Origin: Bacteroidota bacterium
GTDB taxonomy: Bacteria; Bacteroidota; Bacteroidia; 2-12-FULL-35-15
Reading direction: 5' to 3'
Assembly (NCBI GenBank): GCA_021323165.1
Contig: JAJTCJ010000034.1
Coordinates: 20,577 to 84,576, forward strand
DNA length: 64,000 bases
A program made the position numbers and the translations under genes. The notes below the pieces were generated by a model. That model was given only the letters and a program-made list of their open reading frames with translations. It searched no databases and was not told the DNA's origin. How positions within the stretch are numbered: the stretch's first letter is position 1; every line of letters begins with the position of its first letter. Shown here one piece after another: positions 35,235-44,155 of this stretch.

Positions 35235-35798
35235 TTATTTTAAGGAACTAATTCTTTCATTACTTGCTTCAATAGTGGAGTTTTTGATCATGCTTTTAAT
35301 ATGACTTGTGTAGGAATAATTATTATCAAAAACATCTCTTTTGGGATTGTAGCTTATTAAAGCCACAGGGAAGTCAAGATAGTAATCATCTGTATTTTGT
35401 TTCACTTCAAACAGTTCCACTTCAAATTCATATCTGAATATGGTTTCCAAAGAAAGACCTTGGGGGATTCGTGTGCAAATACCTACTGATCTTGTTACAT
35501 AGCCAGACTTAGAAATTTCTATCGTGTAATATTCGTTAGATGTTAATTTGAAATTGAAGCTGTGTTCATGATGCTGAATACTTGTGATCTCTATCCATTC
35601 CATTTCATCATTTTCTTTATACAGCTTCACTTCAACTCCATCAATAGGTTTTGAGTTTTTATCTACGGCTATTCCAAACACATTCAGACAAACCGGATTA
35701 TCCTGATCATTCACTGAGTCCGAATGTTTTTGAGCGGAGATCGAAGACACATTAAATAAGAAGATGCACGATAAAATAATTTTATATAAGTGTTTCAT
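35235..35798 (-). CDS. Hypothetical secreted protein (carboxypeptidase-regulatory-like beta-sandwich suspected)
   Basis: Signal peptide MKHLYKIILSCIFLFNVSSISAQ. The segment GIAVDKNSKPIDGVEVKLY..YTIEISKSGYV resembles CarboxypepD_reg-type folds, from memory only. Confidence 0.4.
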   Translation of the reverse strand: MKHLYKIILSCIFLFNVSSISAQKHSDSVNDQDNPVCLNVFGIAVDKNSKPIDGVEVKLYKENDEMEWIEITSIQHHEHSFNFKLTSNEYYTIEISKSGYVTRSVGICTRIPQGLSLETIFRYEFEVELFEVKQNTDDYYLDFPVALISYNPKRDVFDNNYSYTSHIKSMIKNSTIEASNERISSLK

Positions 35799-35804
35799 AA
35801 GTGT

Positions 35805-35972
35805 TTAATTATCTGTTGTTGTATACTTAATAGATGAATTGTTGATTTCAGATTTATTTATGTGCTGCTCATCTGTTCTTTTTCCCCCTCCGGATCCTAA
35901 AATAAAACTCAATAATAAAAGCAAAACAATCGATAAGAGAATTGCTATTCTGTCTAATGTCTTCAGCTTCAT
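35805..35972 (-). CDS. Small (55-aa) single-TM protein, below the ORF-track cutoff
   Basis: My translation is MKLKTLDRIAILLSIVLLLLLSFILGSGGGKRTDEQHINKSEINNSSIKYTTTDN. It fills the gap between two operon genes (8 nt and 6 nt spacers). Confidence 0.3.
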   Translation of the reverse strand: MKLKTLDRIAILLSIVLLLLLSFILGSGGGKRTDEQHINKSEINNSSIKYTTTDN

Positions 35973-35980
35973 GTAATTTA

Positions 35981-37744
35981 TTATTTAACAATTGCAACGC
36001 GTTTTGAATATAATTTACTGTTGATCAACGCATGAACAATATAGGTTCCTGATGTTGATAAAGGGATCATTTCAGATAATGAGCTTGTTTTTTCCTGATT
36101 TGACTGATAAAGTTTTTGCCCGTTGTTATTGTATATTGCTACCTGCATTGTAGAGATTGCATCTGAATTAATGTTTACCTGTATCCCTCCTTCACGCTGG
36201 TAGGCAATAATCTCATGACCTGTTTCCTGAGCAGTAATTCCGGTTGTCATATCCTGGTATACAGTGATCACTTGTGAAAAATTCGAGCTGCAGCCGGCTG
36301 AATCAGAAGCGGTTAGGCTTACTGTGAATATTCCTGAAGTGTTATATTGATGTGAGATCTCAGTAGCAGAAATAGTCCCTGATGCATCACCAAAATCCCA
36401 TGTGTAAGAAACACCATTCATGCTGTTATTTACAAATTGTATTTCCTCACCGGTTAGAACGGAATCAACACTGCTGAACTGAGCAATTACCTGAAGAGGC
36501 TGTGATACCGTAATTGATGTTGTGTCTGAGAAGCTTGTTGCGCTGCTTGTTATAAGGGTATAGTCTCCGGCTGGGAGTTCTGATATCACAATAGTTTCAG
36601 AATTATTGTAAGAATTGCTAACGATAGTTCCTGCACTGTCACTCAATTGATAGTAATAATTATAATTCCCTGCTTTAAAAATATTGATAGTGCCGTTATT
36701 TGATCCATGACAGGTTGGCTCGGTCACTGTGATCTGATTAGACTGGTAGGTAAGTCCCGGGTAAACTGTTATGTTTTTTGAATAAGTTGAGCTGCAGCCA
36801 GAAGAATCAGAAGCGGTTAAACTAACAGTAAATATTCCGTTGTTATTATATTGATGAGATGGTTCGCTAACATAGATAAGTGGAGAAGCGTCACCAAAAT
36901 CCCATGTATATAAGCTCGAATTCATACTGTTATTTATAAAATTTACCGCTCCGTCAGTAATTTTAACTGAATCTATGCTACTGAAATTTGCTGCTATCTG
37001 AAGCGGTTCGCTTATCGCTAATGTGGCAGTATCAGGTAAGCTTGTAGGGCTGTTGGTTATTATAGTGTATGTTCCCGCAGCGATTGCAGCAATATGTACG
37101 AATTGGGAATTGTGAGTGGCAGAACTGATCATATTTCCGGAATTATCTGTTAATATATAGCTCCAGTCAGAATTTCCTGTTTTGTTTACAACGATACTTC
37201 CATTGTTTAGGCCATAGCATGAAGGATTAGTAGAATAAATTTCAGTTGGAGGAGAAATGTGGATCACAAAACGATTAGAAGATGAAACTGTATTCACTGT
37301 CATTGGGATGCTTATCGAATTACCACCTTTAAAATTGTAAGTTATTCCTGTAACCAGGTCTTTTAAAACTATTTGAATGCCCGGGGAAAAGCCGGTTCCA
37401 AGTTCTATTGCCTGAAAAGTATAGGTGCCGTTCACTTTTATGTGCGTATATAAAGCAATGTCATTCTGAGCTGTCAGTGAGGGTAAGGCATTTATAGATA
37501 ATGCATTCGTGCCTGTTTTAGAGAACAAAGCAGGAACGACAGCACTGGAGCTGAATATCTTATATGCATCCCAGCTCCCGTCAAAGCCAGATGTGGCTGT
37601 AGGAAGAAAGCGGATCACAGTTTCATCCGTATATGTACCATTTATGACCTTAATTTTTAATGCGTCCGATATAGCGTTTGCATTAAAAATGACCAGAAAA
37701 CTGGCAAGGATGCTGATGATTATTTTGTTTGTAGAGTTTTTCAT
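35981..37744 (-). CDS. Secreted protein with an internal duplication (two SprB-like + PKD units) and a T9SS type-A C-terminal domain
   Basis: Signal peptide from ATG 37744 (MKNSTNKIIISILASFLVIFNANA). Two PKD signatures (YTWDFGDASP..HQYNNNGIFTVSLTASDSSGC and YTWDFGDASG..HQYNTSGIFTVSLTASDSAGC). The C-terminal ~75 aa are beta-rich and tail-like. Confidence 0.7.
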   Translation of the reverse strand: MKNSTNKIIISILASFLVIFNANAISDALKIKVINGTYTDETVIRFLPTATSGFDGSWDAYKIFSSSAVVPALFSKTGTNALSINALPSLTAQNDIALYTHIKVNGTYTFQAIELGTGFSPGIQIVLKDLVTGITYNFKGGNSISIPMTVNTVSSSNRFVIHISPPTEIYSTNPSCYGLNNGSIVVNKTGNSDWSYILTDNSGNMISSATHNSQFVHIAAIAAGTYTIITNSPTSLPDTATLAISEPLQIAANFSSIDSVKITDGAVNFINNSMNSSLYTWDFGDASPLIYVSEPSHQYNNNGIFTVSLTASDSSGCSSTYSKNITVYPGLTYQSNQITVTEPTCHGSNNGTINIFKAGNYNYYYQLSDSAGTIVSNSYNNSETIVISELPAGDYTLITSSATSFSDTTSITVSQPLQVIAQFSSVDSVLTGEEIQFVNNSMNGVSYTWDFGDASGTISATEISHQYNTSGIFTVSLTASDSAGCSSNFSQVITVYQDMTTGITAQETGHEIIAYQREGGIQVNINSDAISTMQVAIYNNNGQKLYQSNQEKTSSLSEMIPLSTSGTYIVHALINSKLYSKRVAIVK

Positions 37745-38052
37745 AAGTGTGAGTTTTAAATCCGCTGCAAACATATCGCGGTTAAGAGGGCTTACAAATC
37801 CCATTTCAGAGCGTGAATAACAGATGTAAGATTTTCAGGTAATTTGTAAAAAGAGGAATTGCTCCCCAGTTTGTGTTGGCATAAACTTTTAAACGTTGTT
37901 AAAAGAATTGAGAAAAATGCCTGCTTTTGATGGATGGTGGCGTAAAAGAGAGAAAAGAGAATATTGGCTATTGTTTCCCGGTTCTCACCGAAAAAATTGA
38001 AAAAACGAATACCTGAAGAATAATTTTACCTCAATAAATAAAAAAAACGATT

Positions 38053-38514
38053 ATGAAGAACTTTATCAAAACGATCCTGCTGGTTGATGATGACCTGGAT
38101 GATCAAACCTTTTTCGAAGAGGCATTAAAAGTGGTAGACAGATCAATAACACTTCATACAGCAAAGGATGGGGTAGATGCAATTGAGCAGCTGATGGTGA
38201 AAAGGCCTGATGTGATCCTTTTAGATCTTAACATGCCGAGAATGAACGGGGTAGAGTTCTTGCAGGAGCTTAAATCATCCAATCGTTTCCGTGATATTCC
38301 GGTGATCATTTATTCTTCTTTCTTAAGCACTTGTGATAAAGTAGAAGTAATGTCCTTGGGAGCGAAGGAATTTGTAAGAAAACCAATCGCTTTTGGCGAA
38401 ACTGTTAAAACTATTGAGCAATTGCTTGGAAAAAATGTAAGCCAGGAACAATCTGTAATGCATCCCGCTTTTTTGCAGGGGCAGCCAGTAGTTGCTGTAA
38501 ATCTTAAATTTTAG
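38053..38514 (+). CDS. Stand-alone response-regulator receiver protein
   Basis: ILLVDDDLDDQ, ILLDLNMPRMNG, IIYSS, VRKPI. No output domain. Confidence 0.8.
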   Translation: MKNFIKTILLVDDDLDDQTFFEEALKVVDRSITLHTAKDGVDAIEQLMVKRPDVILLDLNMPRMNGVEFLQELKSSNRFRDIPVIIYSSFLSTCDKVEVMSLGAKEFVRKPIAFGETVKTIEQLLGKNVSQEQSVMHPAFLQGQPVVAVNLKF

Positions 38515-38540
38515 GAGGACATGAAAATGATCAATCCGCA

Positions 38541-38592
38541 GTATAATATGCTCCCGATCGAAGAAAGTATAATATGCTCCCGATCGAAGAAA
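38541..38592 (+). repeat. Perfect 26-bp tandem duplication GTATAATATGCTCCCGATCGAAGAAA x2
   Basis: Counted base by base: copy 1 is 38541-38566 and copy 2 is 38567-38592, and they are identical. Each copy contains an ATG. Confidence 0.95.
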
Positions 38593-38804
38593 AAGCTTAC
38601 CTGTTGTGCAGCAGGGGCGAGCTGATCGCAGCAGTAGCAACAAGCAATTACGATATATCACTTTATGCACTTGATGGTGAATACGTAGAATTATATTATT
38701 CTATTGCTTACAATAAGATAGAAGAAATAAAAGTACTGGAGGATCATTTGCGACTGGATATTTATACCAGGAACATGGATCTGAGCACATTATTAGGAGA
38801 TTAG
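38574..38804 (+). CDS. Small hypothetical protein (76 aa); its ancestral start was probably ATG 38521, displaced by the 26-bp duplication
   Basis: The ORF-track ORF begins MLPIEEKAYLL... ATG 38521 (6 nt after the receiver stop) reads MKMINPQYNMLPIEE, then frameshifts and stops at 38625. Removing one repeat copy joins the two frames. Confidence 0.4.
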   Translation: MLPIEEKAYLLCSRGELIAAVATSNYDISLYALDGEYVELYYSIAYNKIEEIKVLEDHLRLDIYTRNMDLSTLLGD

Positions 38805-38876
38805 AAATTTATAATGCTACGAGGTGTTTTGGCAATCCAAACCGGCTTTTCGATCCACCCTCTCTATATAATATAG

Positions 38877-38911
38877 AAAAAAAACCCTGTAAGATTATTA
38901 CAGGGTTTTTT
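38877..38911. terminator. Bidirectional intrinsic terminator
   Basis: AAAAAAA-AACCCTGTAA-loop-TTACAGGGTT-TTTT. Confidence 0.7.
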
Positions 38912-38953
38912 GTTTATAAAAATGTCCCCCGTTTCGACAACCGAAAACAAAGA

Positions 38954-38986
38954 GCCCCGTAAACATTGAGTTTACAGGGCTTTTTT
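38954..38986. terminator. Second hairpin terminator, adjacent to the 3' end of tRNA-Gln
   Basis: GCCCCGTAAAC-loop-GTTTACAGGGC (one mismatch) followed by TTTTTT. The reverse strand has a TCTTTGTTTT tail. Confidence 0.6.
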
Positions 38987-38987
38987 G

Positions 38988-39060
38988 TTGTCCGACTAGG
39001 GCTCGAACCTAGACTCTACTGAACCAAAATCAGTTGTGTTGCCAGTTACACCATCGGACA
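38988..39060 (-). tRNA. tRNA-Gln (anticodon TTG)
   Basis: Hand-folded 73-nt cloverleaf: acceptor TGTCCGA/TCGGACA (U1:A72), anticodon stem ACTGA/TCAGT, loop TT-TTG-GT, T arm CTAGG-TTCGAGC-CCTAG. Confidence 0.9.
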
Positions 39061-39184
39061 GTTTTTGATTATGGGTTGCACACAAAATTTTTTATGAAAT
39101 CTTGTAATTTTTTAACGGCTTCGGGTTGGATTAATTTTCTAACTTCGCAAACGTCATAAACATTATAACCAATATTTCATATAT

Positions 39185-42100
39185 ATGAACGGTACCGCCA
39201 ATTACCAACGACTGAACAACATTGTAGGCTGGGTTGTTTTTCTTATTGCTTCTTTTACTTATTTGAGCACAATAGAACCTACCGCATCTTTCTGGGACTG
39301 TGGTGAATACATTGCATGTGCTGCTAAATTAGAGGTAGGACATCCTCCGGGCGCTCCTGTATTTCTTTTACTCGGCCGTTTTTTCAGTTTGTTTGCTTTT
39401 GGCGATACAAGCAAAATAGGGATGATGGTCAATGCTTTATCTGCTATCTGCAGCGCATTCACTATTCTTTTCCTTTTCTGGACAATCACTTCTTTTGCCC
39501 GTAAGATCATGGATAAGACCGGTGACCTTACTCAGGGAAAAATGATCGCGATCTTCGGTGCCGGAGCTGTTGGTGCCCTTGCATATACTTTCAGTGATTC
39601 TTTCTGGTTCTCCGCTGTTGAAGGTGAGGTTTATGCTATGTCAAGCTTCTTTACTGCTATCTCTTTCTGGGCCATCCTTCGCTGGGAACGCGAATCTGAC
39701 GATCCGCACGCAAGCCGCTGGATCATCCTTATTGCTTACCTGATCGGTCTTGCTGTAGGTGTCCATTTATTGAATTTACTTGTGATCCCGGCTGTCGTTT
39801 ATATTTATTACTTCAAAAAGTACCCTGTTGTTACACGCAAAGGTTTTATCACGGCCGGTATCATATCTCTTGTTATTCTTGGAGGAATTCAGTCGGGAGT
39901 AATCCCGATGATCGTCAAGCTTGCTGCATGGTTCGAGATCAAGACAGTTAACACTTTAGGTTTACCATTCAACAGCGGAACTATCCTTTATGGTATTGTT
40001 CTGATCGGTGCAATTGTGTGGGGGCTATATTATACTTCCAAAAAAGTTAAACCTATCCTTAATACCATTATCCTTTGCTTTACGGTGATTCTGATTGGTT
40101 ATTCTTCTTTCCTGGTGCTTGTTATCCGCTCACAGGCAAATCCTCCAATGGATGAAAATAATCCTGAGAATGCGGTAAATTTATTATCATATCTGAACCG
40201 TGAACAGTACGGAACATGGCCGCTTTTATATGGTCAATATTTCTCCGCACCTAATGATCCTCAGAAGCCTTATTTGGACGGAAATCCTTTATATGCGCAG
40301 GATGAAAAGACGGGAAAATATGTGGTGATCGATGACAGAAAGAATACCATCGCTAATTATGATAAGGATTTCTGTACGATCTTCCCACGAATGTGGAGCT
40401 CACAATCAAATCACGTTACAGGATATAAGAGCTGGACTGATCCTTCAAAATATAAAAAGGTAAGCGCAATGGATCCTCAGACAGGGGAACAGACTACCAT
40501 ACCACGTCCTACTTTCGGTCAAAATCTTGGTTTCTTTTTCCGTTACCAGCTCGGACAAATGTATATGCGTTATTTCCTTTGGAATTTTGTTGGTCGTCAG
40601 AACGATATTCAGGGTCACGGAAATGCTATCGAAGGTAACTGGATCACAGGAATCGATTTTATTGATGAAGCCAGACTTGGTCCTCAAAAAGGACTTCCGG
40701 ATTCATCTGATAATAATAAAGCAAGAAATACATTGTTCGCTTTGCCTTTCATTCTTGGTTTGATCGGGTTATGGTATCAGTTTAAAAAGGATAATAAGAA
40801 TGCAACTGTTGTAGCATTCCTGTTTCTTCTTACTGGTGTCGCAATCGTGATTTATCTGAATCAAAAGCCTTTCGAGCCTCGTGAACGTGATTACGCTTAT
40901 ACAGGTTCTTTTTACGCATTCGCGATCTGGATCGGTTTAGGCGTGCTTGCTATCTATGATTATCTTCAGCGCAAAGCAAACCAGGTTACAAGTGCTGCTA
41001 TTGCTACAACTGTTTGTATGCTTGCTGTTCCTGCCTTAATGGCGAAAGAGGAGTGGGATGATCATGATCGTTCAAACAGATACATTGCAAGGGATTTCGC
41101 AAGAAATTACCTCGAATCCTGTGCACCTAATGCTATCTTATTTACCAATGGTGATAATGATACGTTCCCACTCTGGTATGCACAGGAAGTGGAAGGTATC
41201 CGCACGGATGTGCGTGTGGTTTGTCTTGAACTCTTGAACACAGACTGGTGCATCGATCAGTTGGTTCATAAAGCTTATGAGTCAGATCCGTTGCCTATCA
41301 CATTCACTAAAGATCAGTATCACCAAGGTGTTAGAGAAGCTGTATTGTTCCACGACAGAAAAGTACAGGGCTTTATTCCTGTTAAAGATCTGATCGAATT
41401 CTCAAAAAGCGAAAAACGGGAGGATCAGCTGGAAGTGGCTTCAGGAACTTTCTACAATTATTTCCCAACGAAGAATGTAAGCGTTCCTGTTGACAGCGCA
41501 ACTGTTGTGAATAACGGAACTGTTCCTAAAGAACTTGCCGGACGTATTGTGAAAAATATGGAATGGTCACTTACAGGAAGCTATATTCAGAAAAACGATC
41601 TTATGATCCTGGATATGTTGGCTCACAATGACTGGAAACGTCCTATTTATTTCGCTGCAACAGCACCTGCAAGTTCATACTTAAATCTTGCACCTTTCTT
41701 ACAACTGGAAGGCCTTGCATACCGCCTTGTTCCGGTTAAGCAGAACCAGCAGGAAGCTCAGCAGGAAACACGTATCGCGACAGAGATCATGTATAAGAAC
41801 ATGATGGATGAAACGAAATTCAAGTGGGGCGGAATGGATAAACCAAATGTTTATCTCGACAATGTATTCCTTCAGTCATGCGCAATGAATATCCGCCAGA
41901 GAATGGGAACGCTTGCAATTGCTTTTGTAACAGAAGGTAAGAAAGACAAAGCGATCAAGGTGCTTGATAAATGCGTTGAAGTTACTCCTGAGTATAATGT
42001 TCCTTATGACGGAACAATGTTCTCTATCGTGCTTGGATACTATCAGGCGGATGCATTTGAGAAAGGAAGCGTAATAGCGAGAAAAGTGTTTGATAACGCA

Positions 42101-42310
42101 ATAAATAATATCGATTATTATTACAAATTCAACGGGAAAGACCGCGCGGCTTTTGGTACTGATGTTGAACGTGCTCAGGAAACTATTGAGCGTTTGATAT
42201 ACTTCACGGAAATGTTCAAGCAGGATGCAATGAATAAAGAGCTGAGTAACCGTTACAATGAAGTAATGCAGAGATACCAGATGACTCCGGTTTTCTCTAA
42301 AGGAAGATAA
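39185..42310 (+). CDS. DUF2723-family large polytopic membrane protein (glycosyltransferase-like)
   Basis: 1041 aa. The N-terminus ..YLSTIEPTASFWDCGEYIACAAKLEVGHPPGAPVF matches the DUF2723 signature as I remember it. Many TM helices, then a soluble helical C-terminal half. Confidence 0.8.
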   Translation: MNGTANYQRLNNIVGWVVFLIASFTYLSTIEPTASFWDCGEYIACAAKLEVGHPPGAPVFLLLGRFFSLFAFGDTSKIGMMVNALSAICSAFTILFLFWTITSFARKIMDKTGDLTQGKMIAIFGAGAVGALAYTFSDSFWFSAVEGEVYAMSSFFTAISFWAILRWERESDDPHASRWIILIAYLIGLAVGVHLLNLLVIPAVVYIYYFKKYPVVTRKGFITAGIISLVILGGIQSGVIPMIVKLAAWFEIKTVNTLGLPFNSGTILYGIVLIGAIVWGLYYTSKKVKPILNTIILCFTVILIGYSSFLVLVIRSQANPPMDENNPENAVNLLSYLNREQYGTWPLLYGQYFSAPNDPQKPYLDGNPLYAQDEKTGKYVVIDDRKNTIANYDKDFCTIFPRMWSSQSNHVTGYKSWTDPSKYKKVSAMDPQTGEQTTIPRPTFGQNLGFFFRYQLGQMYMRYFLWNFVGRQNDIQGHGNAIEGNWITGIDFIDEARLGPQKGLPDSSDNNKARNTLFALPFILGLIGLWYQFKKDNKNATVVAFLFLLTGVAIVIYLNQKPFEPRERDYAYTGSFYAFAIWIGLGVLAIYDYLQRKANQVTSAAIATTVCMLAVPALMAKEEWDDHDRSNRYIARDFARNYLESCAPNAILFTNGDNDTFPLWYAQEVEGIRTDVRVVCLELLNTDWCIDQLVHKAYESDPLPITFTKDQYHQGVREAVLFHDRKVQGFIPVKDLIEFSKSEKREDQLEVASGTFYNYFPTKNVSVPVDSATVVNNGTVPKELAGRIVKNMEWSLTGSYIQKNDLMILDMLAHNDWKRPIYFAATAPASSYLNLAPFLQLEGLAYRLVPVKQNQQEAQQETRIATEIMYKNMMDETKFKWGGMDKPNVYLDNVFLQSCAMNIRQRMGTLAIAFVTEGKKDKAIKVLDKCVEVTPEYNVPYDGTMFSIVLGYYQADAFEKGSVIARKVFDNAINNIDYYYKFNGKDRAAFGTDVERAQETIERLIYFTEMFKQDAMNKELSNRYNEVMQRYQMTPVFSKGR

Positions 42311-42324
42311 AAAGAACACATTTT

Positions 42325-42366
42325 AAATTTCGCCCCCTTCGTTCCGATGGGGGCGAAATTTTTTCG
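42325..42366 (+). terminator. Intrinsic terminator after the DUF2723 gene
   Basis: AAATTTCGCCCCC-loop-GGGGGCGAAATTT followed by TTTT. Confidence 0.8.
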
Positions 42367-42389
42367 GGTAATTATTAATAAATTAACGC

Positions 42390-43043
42390 ATGTACCTGGT
42401 AAGATCATCCTTTCTTGCAAAAAGACTTTACCCAAAGGCTGTATGGAGAGAGAATGCTGCTCATAATAAACTCTTTCTTACCTTTGATGACGGTCCTATT
42501 CAGGGTATCACTGATTTCGTGCTCGATACTTTAAAACGCAATAAAATTAAAGCTACTTTTTTTTGTGTCGGTGAGAATATTCAGAAAAATCCTGCGCTTT
42601 ATCAGAGAATAATAGAAGAAGGACATGTTACAGGTAATCATACTTATAATCATGTGAACGGCTGGAACACACATACAACAGACTATCTTCATAATGTTGC
42701 CTATTGTGAGAAAGTGCTATTGGAATATTCCCAGCAAACAGGAGGCAACGATAGTGTCAGATCAATTTCGCTTTTCCGTCCTCCTTACGGAAGATTAAAA
42801 CGTTCACAATATAGAAGCCTTCTTTCTAATTATAAAATTGTAATGTGGGATGTTCTGAGCGGTGATTACGACAAAAACACTTCACCTGAAAGGTGTTTAA
42901 GCAATGTTGTGAATAATGCCAGGAATGGCTCTGTAATAGTGTTTCACGACAGTGTAAAAGCACAAAGAAACATGGAATATGCTTTACCTCGATTTATTGA
43001 GGATGCCTTGAAAAAAGGATATGAGTTTGATGTTTTGAAATAG
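42390..43043 (+). CDS. Polysaccharide deacetylase (NodB-homology, CE4) family protein
   Basis: LTFDDGP (motif 1), GNHTYNH (motif 2), LFRPPYGR (motif 3). Confidence 0.85.
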   Translation: MYLVRSSFLAKRLYPKAVWRENAAHNKLFLTFDDGPIQGITDFVLDTLKRNKIKATFFCVGENIQKNPALYQRIIEEGHVTGNHTYNHVNGWNTHTTDYLHNVAYCEKVLLEYSQQTGGNDSVRSISLFRPPYGRLKRSQYRSLLSNYKIVMWDVLSGDYDKNTSPERCLSNVVNNARNGSVIVFHDSVKAQRNMEYALPRFIEDALKKGYEFDVLK

Positions 43044-43112
43044 TATTCCTTATCAGTTTGCATTAAATCGTTTCTTTATTCAGCACTAGATTCATAAGAT
43101 GAGTCGGATCAA

Positions 43113-43140
43113 TTCCCCTCTCGAGAGGGGCAGGGGTGTG
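43113..43140 (+). repeat. Family-2 GC-rich palindromic repeat TTCCCCTCTCGAGAGGGGCAGGGGTGTG
   Basis: Internal palindrome CCCCTCTCGAGAGGGG. The flank TTCATAAGATGAGTCGGATC is also repeated at 43190. Confidence 0.8.
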
Positions 43141-43211
43141 TTTTTCTGTTTCAGTGATTAAGTAAATCTCCCTTTAATTCCAGAAGAAATTCATAATGTG
43201 AATCGAATCTC

Positions 43212-43240
43212 TTCCCCTCTCGAGAGGGGTTAGGGGTGTG
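43212..43240 (+). repeat. Family-2 GC-rich palindromic repeat TTCCCCTCTCGAGAGGGGTTAGGGGTGTG
   Basis: Near-identical to 43113-43140, located 99 nt downstream in the same orientation. Confidence 0.8.
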
Positions 43241-43399
43241 TTTTTAGAAATTTATTTCGATAGAAGCATGATTCTTTTTAGAAATAAATTCATGAAGTGC
43301 AGGAAATCAACTCCATGATGAAGTGCTGAAATGTCGAAGAGTCTGCGAAAGCCGGCCCAATTGTGTCAACAGGCTAATATGACAACTCTTAAATCATCC

Positions 43400-44155
43400 C
43401 TAAAAATTCTTCTCAATATAATCAATCGCCTCTTCCTGAGTTTTAATTGCAAAGTCTTTGTACCTGTCATGCACATCAATTATTTCCTCTATAGCATCCG
43501 CGACCAATTCCTTGTTTTCCCATTTTTTTAGATCAGCGATAACAGTTTCCAGGCAGCCTTTCTTGTAAGCTATTTGTCCGAGCACGTGTACTAATGTATT
43601 TCTCACACGCGATGTTTTATCGAATTGTAATTCCTTTAGCATGGGAAGAATATCCTGAGGGTGTGTGCGGCCTCTTAATTCTATCCCATGGCAAATCTCT
43701 CTGCGGATCTCTTTGTTTTCATGATGAAGGAATTGATTGGCAAATGCCAAAGTTGGAACCGGGTTTTTCTCGCCCATCTTTTTTATGGATCCGATCACAG
43801 CATTGCGTACTATGTGATGCTCATCAAAAAGGCCTTGTTTCATAATGTCTGCAACAACATCAAAATGAAGCATGCCTATTTCACCGGCTGCATTAATGCA
43901 GGTTTGCCGGGTCTTTTCTTTTTCAGATTTAAAAAGTTCCTGGAGAACAATTAAGATTTTTTGCTGAAGATTTTTATTGGACTTGTAAATCCTTCCGATT
44001 GCGAGGTAAGCAGTTTTTCGGATGTAGGTATCCTCGTCTGAGAAATATTCAATGAGCACTTCTTTATTGTTGGAGCTAAGTGCAGATCTTATTCTTTCAT
44101 TAATAAAAGCAACAAGTTCAACACGCTTTTCTTTGCTCTGATCGTAAAATGCCAT
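43400..44155 (-). CDS. HEAT/ARM-like repeat protein (DNA-alkylation-repair-like family suspected)
   Basis: 251 aa, all-helical, with recurring ..D....VR..A...(I/L)G.. HEAT-type units (DEDTYIRKTAYLAIG, DEHHIVRNAVIGSI, HENKEIRREICHGI, DKTSRVRNTLVHVLG). Confidence 0.5.
   Translation of the reverse strand: MAFYDQSKEKRVELVAFINERIRSALSSNNKEVLIEYFSDEDTYIRKTAYLAIGRIYKSNKNLQQKILIVLQELFKSEKEKTRQTCINAAGEIGMLHFDVVADIMKQGLFDEHHIVRNAVIGSIKKMGEKNPVPTLAFANQFLHHENKEIRREICHGIELRGRTHPQDILPMLKELQFDKTSRVRNTLVHVLGQIAYKKGCLETVIADLKKWENKELVADAIEEIIDVHDRYKDFAIKTQEEAIDYIEKNF

Noticed and set aside
38541-38592. Possible CRISPR array (here, and at the heptamer arrays 28521-28580 and 58143-58396).
   Set aside because: The repeats are directly abutting or only 7-10 nt long, with no unique spacers of regular length and no cas genes in the window. 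These are not CRISPR arrays.
32584-39060. Genomic island integrated at the 3' end of tRNA-Gln.
   Set aside because: The accessory-looking receiver/PKD cluster does abut the tRNA 3' end. However, I found no integrase or recombinase gene and no direct repeat of the tRNA 3' segment (TCCGACTAGGGCTCGAACC) at the far side. I could not compute composition. The island idea is unsupported.
41876-42435. Minus-strand ORFs (147 and 60 aa) overlapping the 3' end of the DUF2723 gene, its terminator, and the deacetylase start.
   Set aside because: They overlap a strong plus-strand gene and an intrinsic terminator, and have no motifs. Likely spurious.
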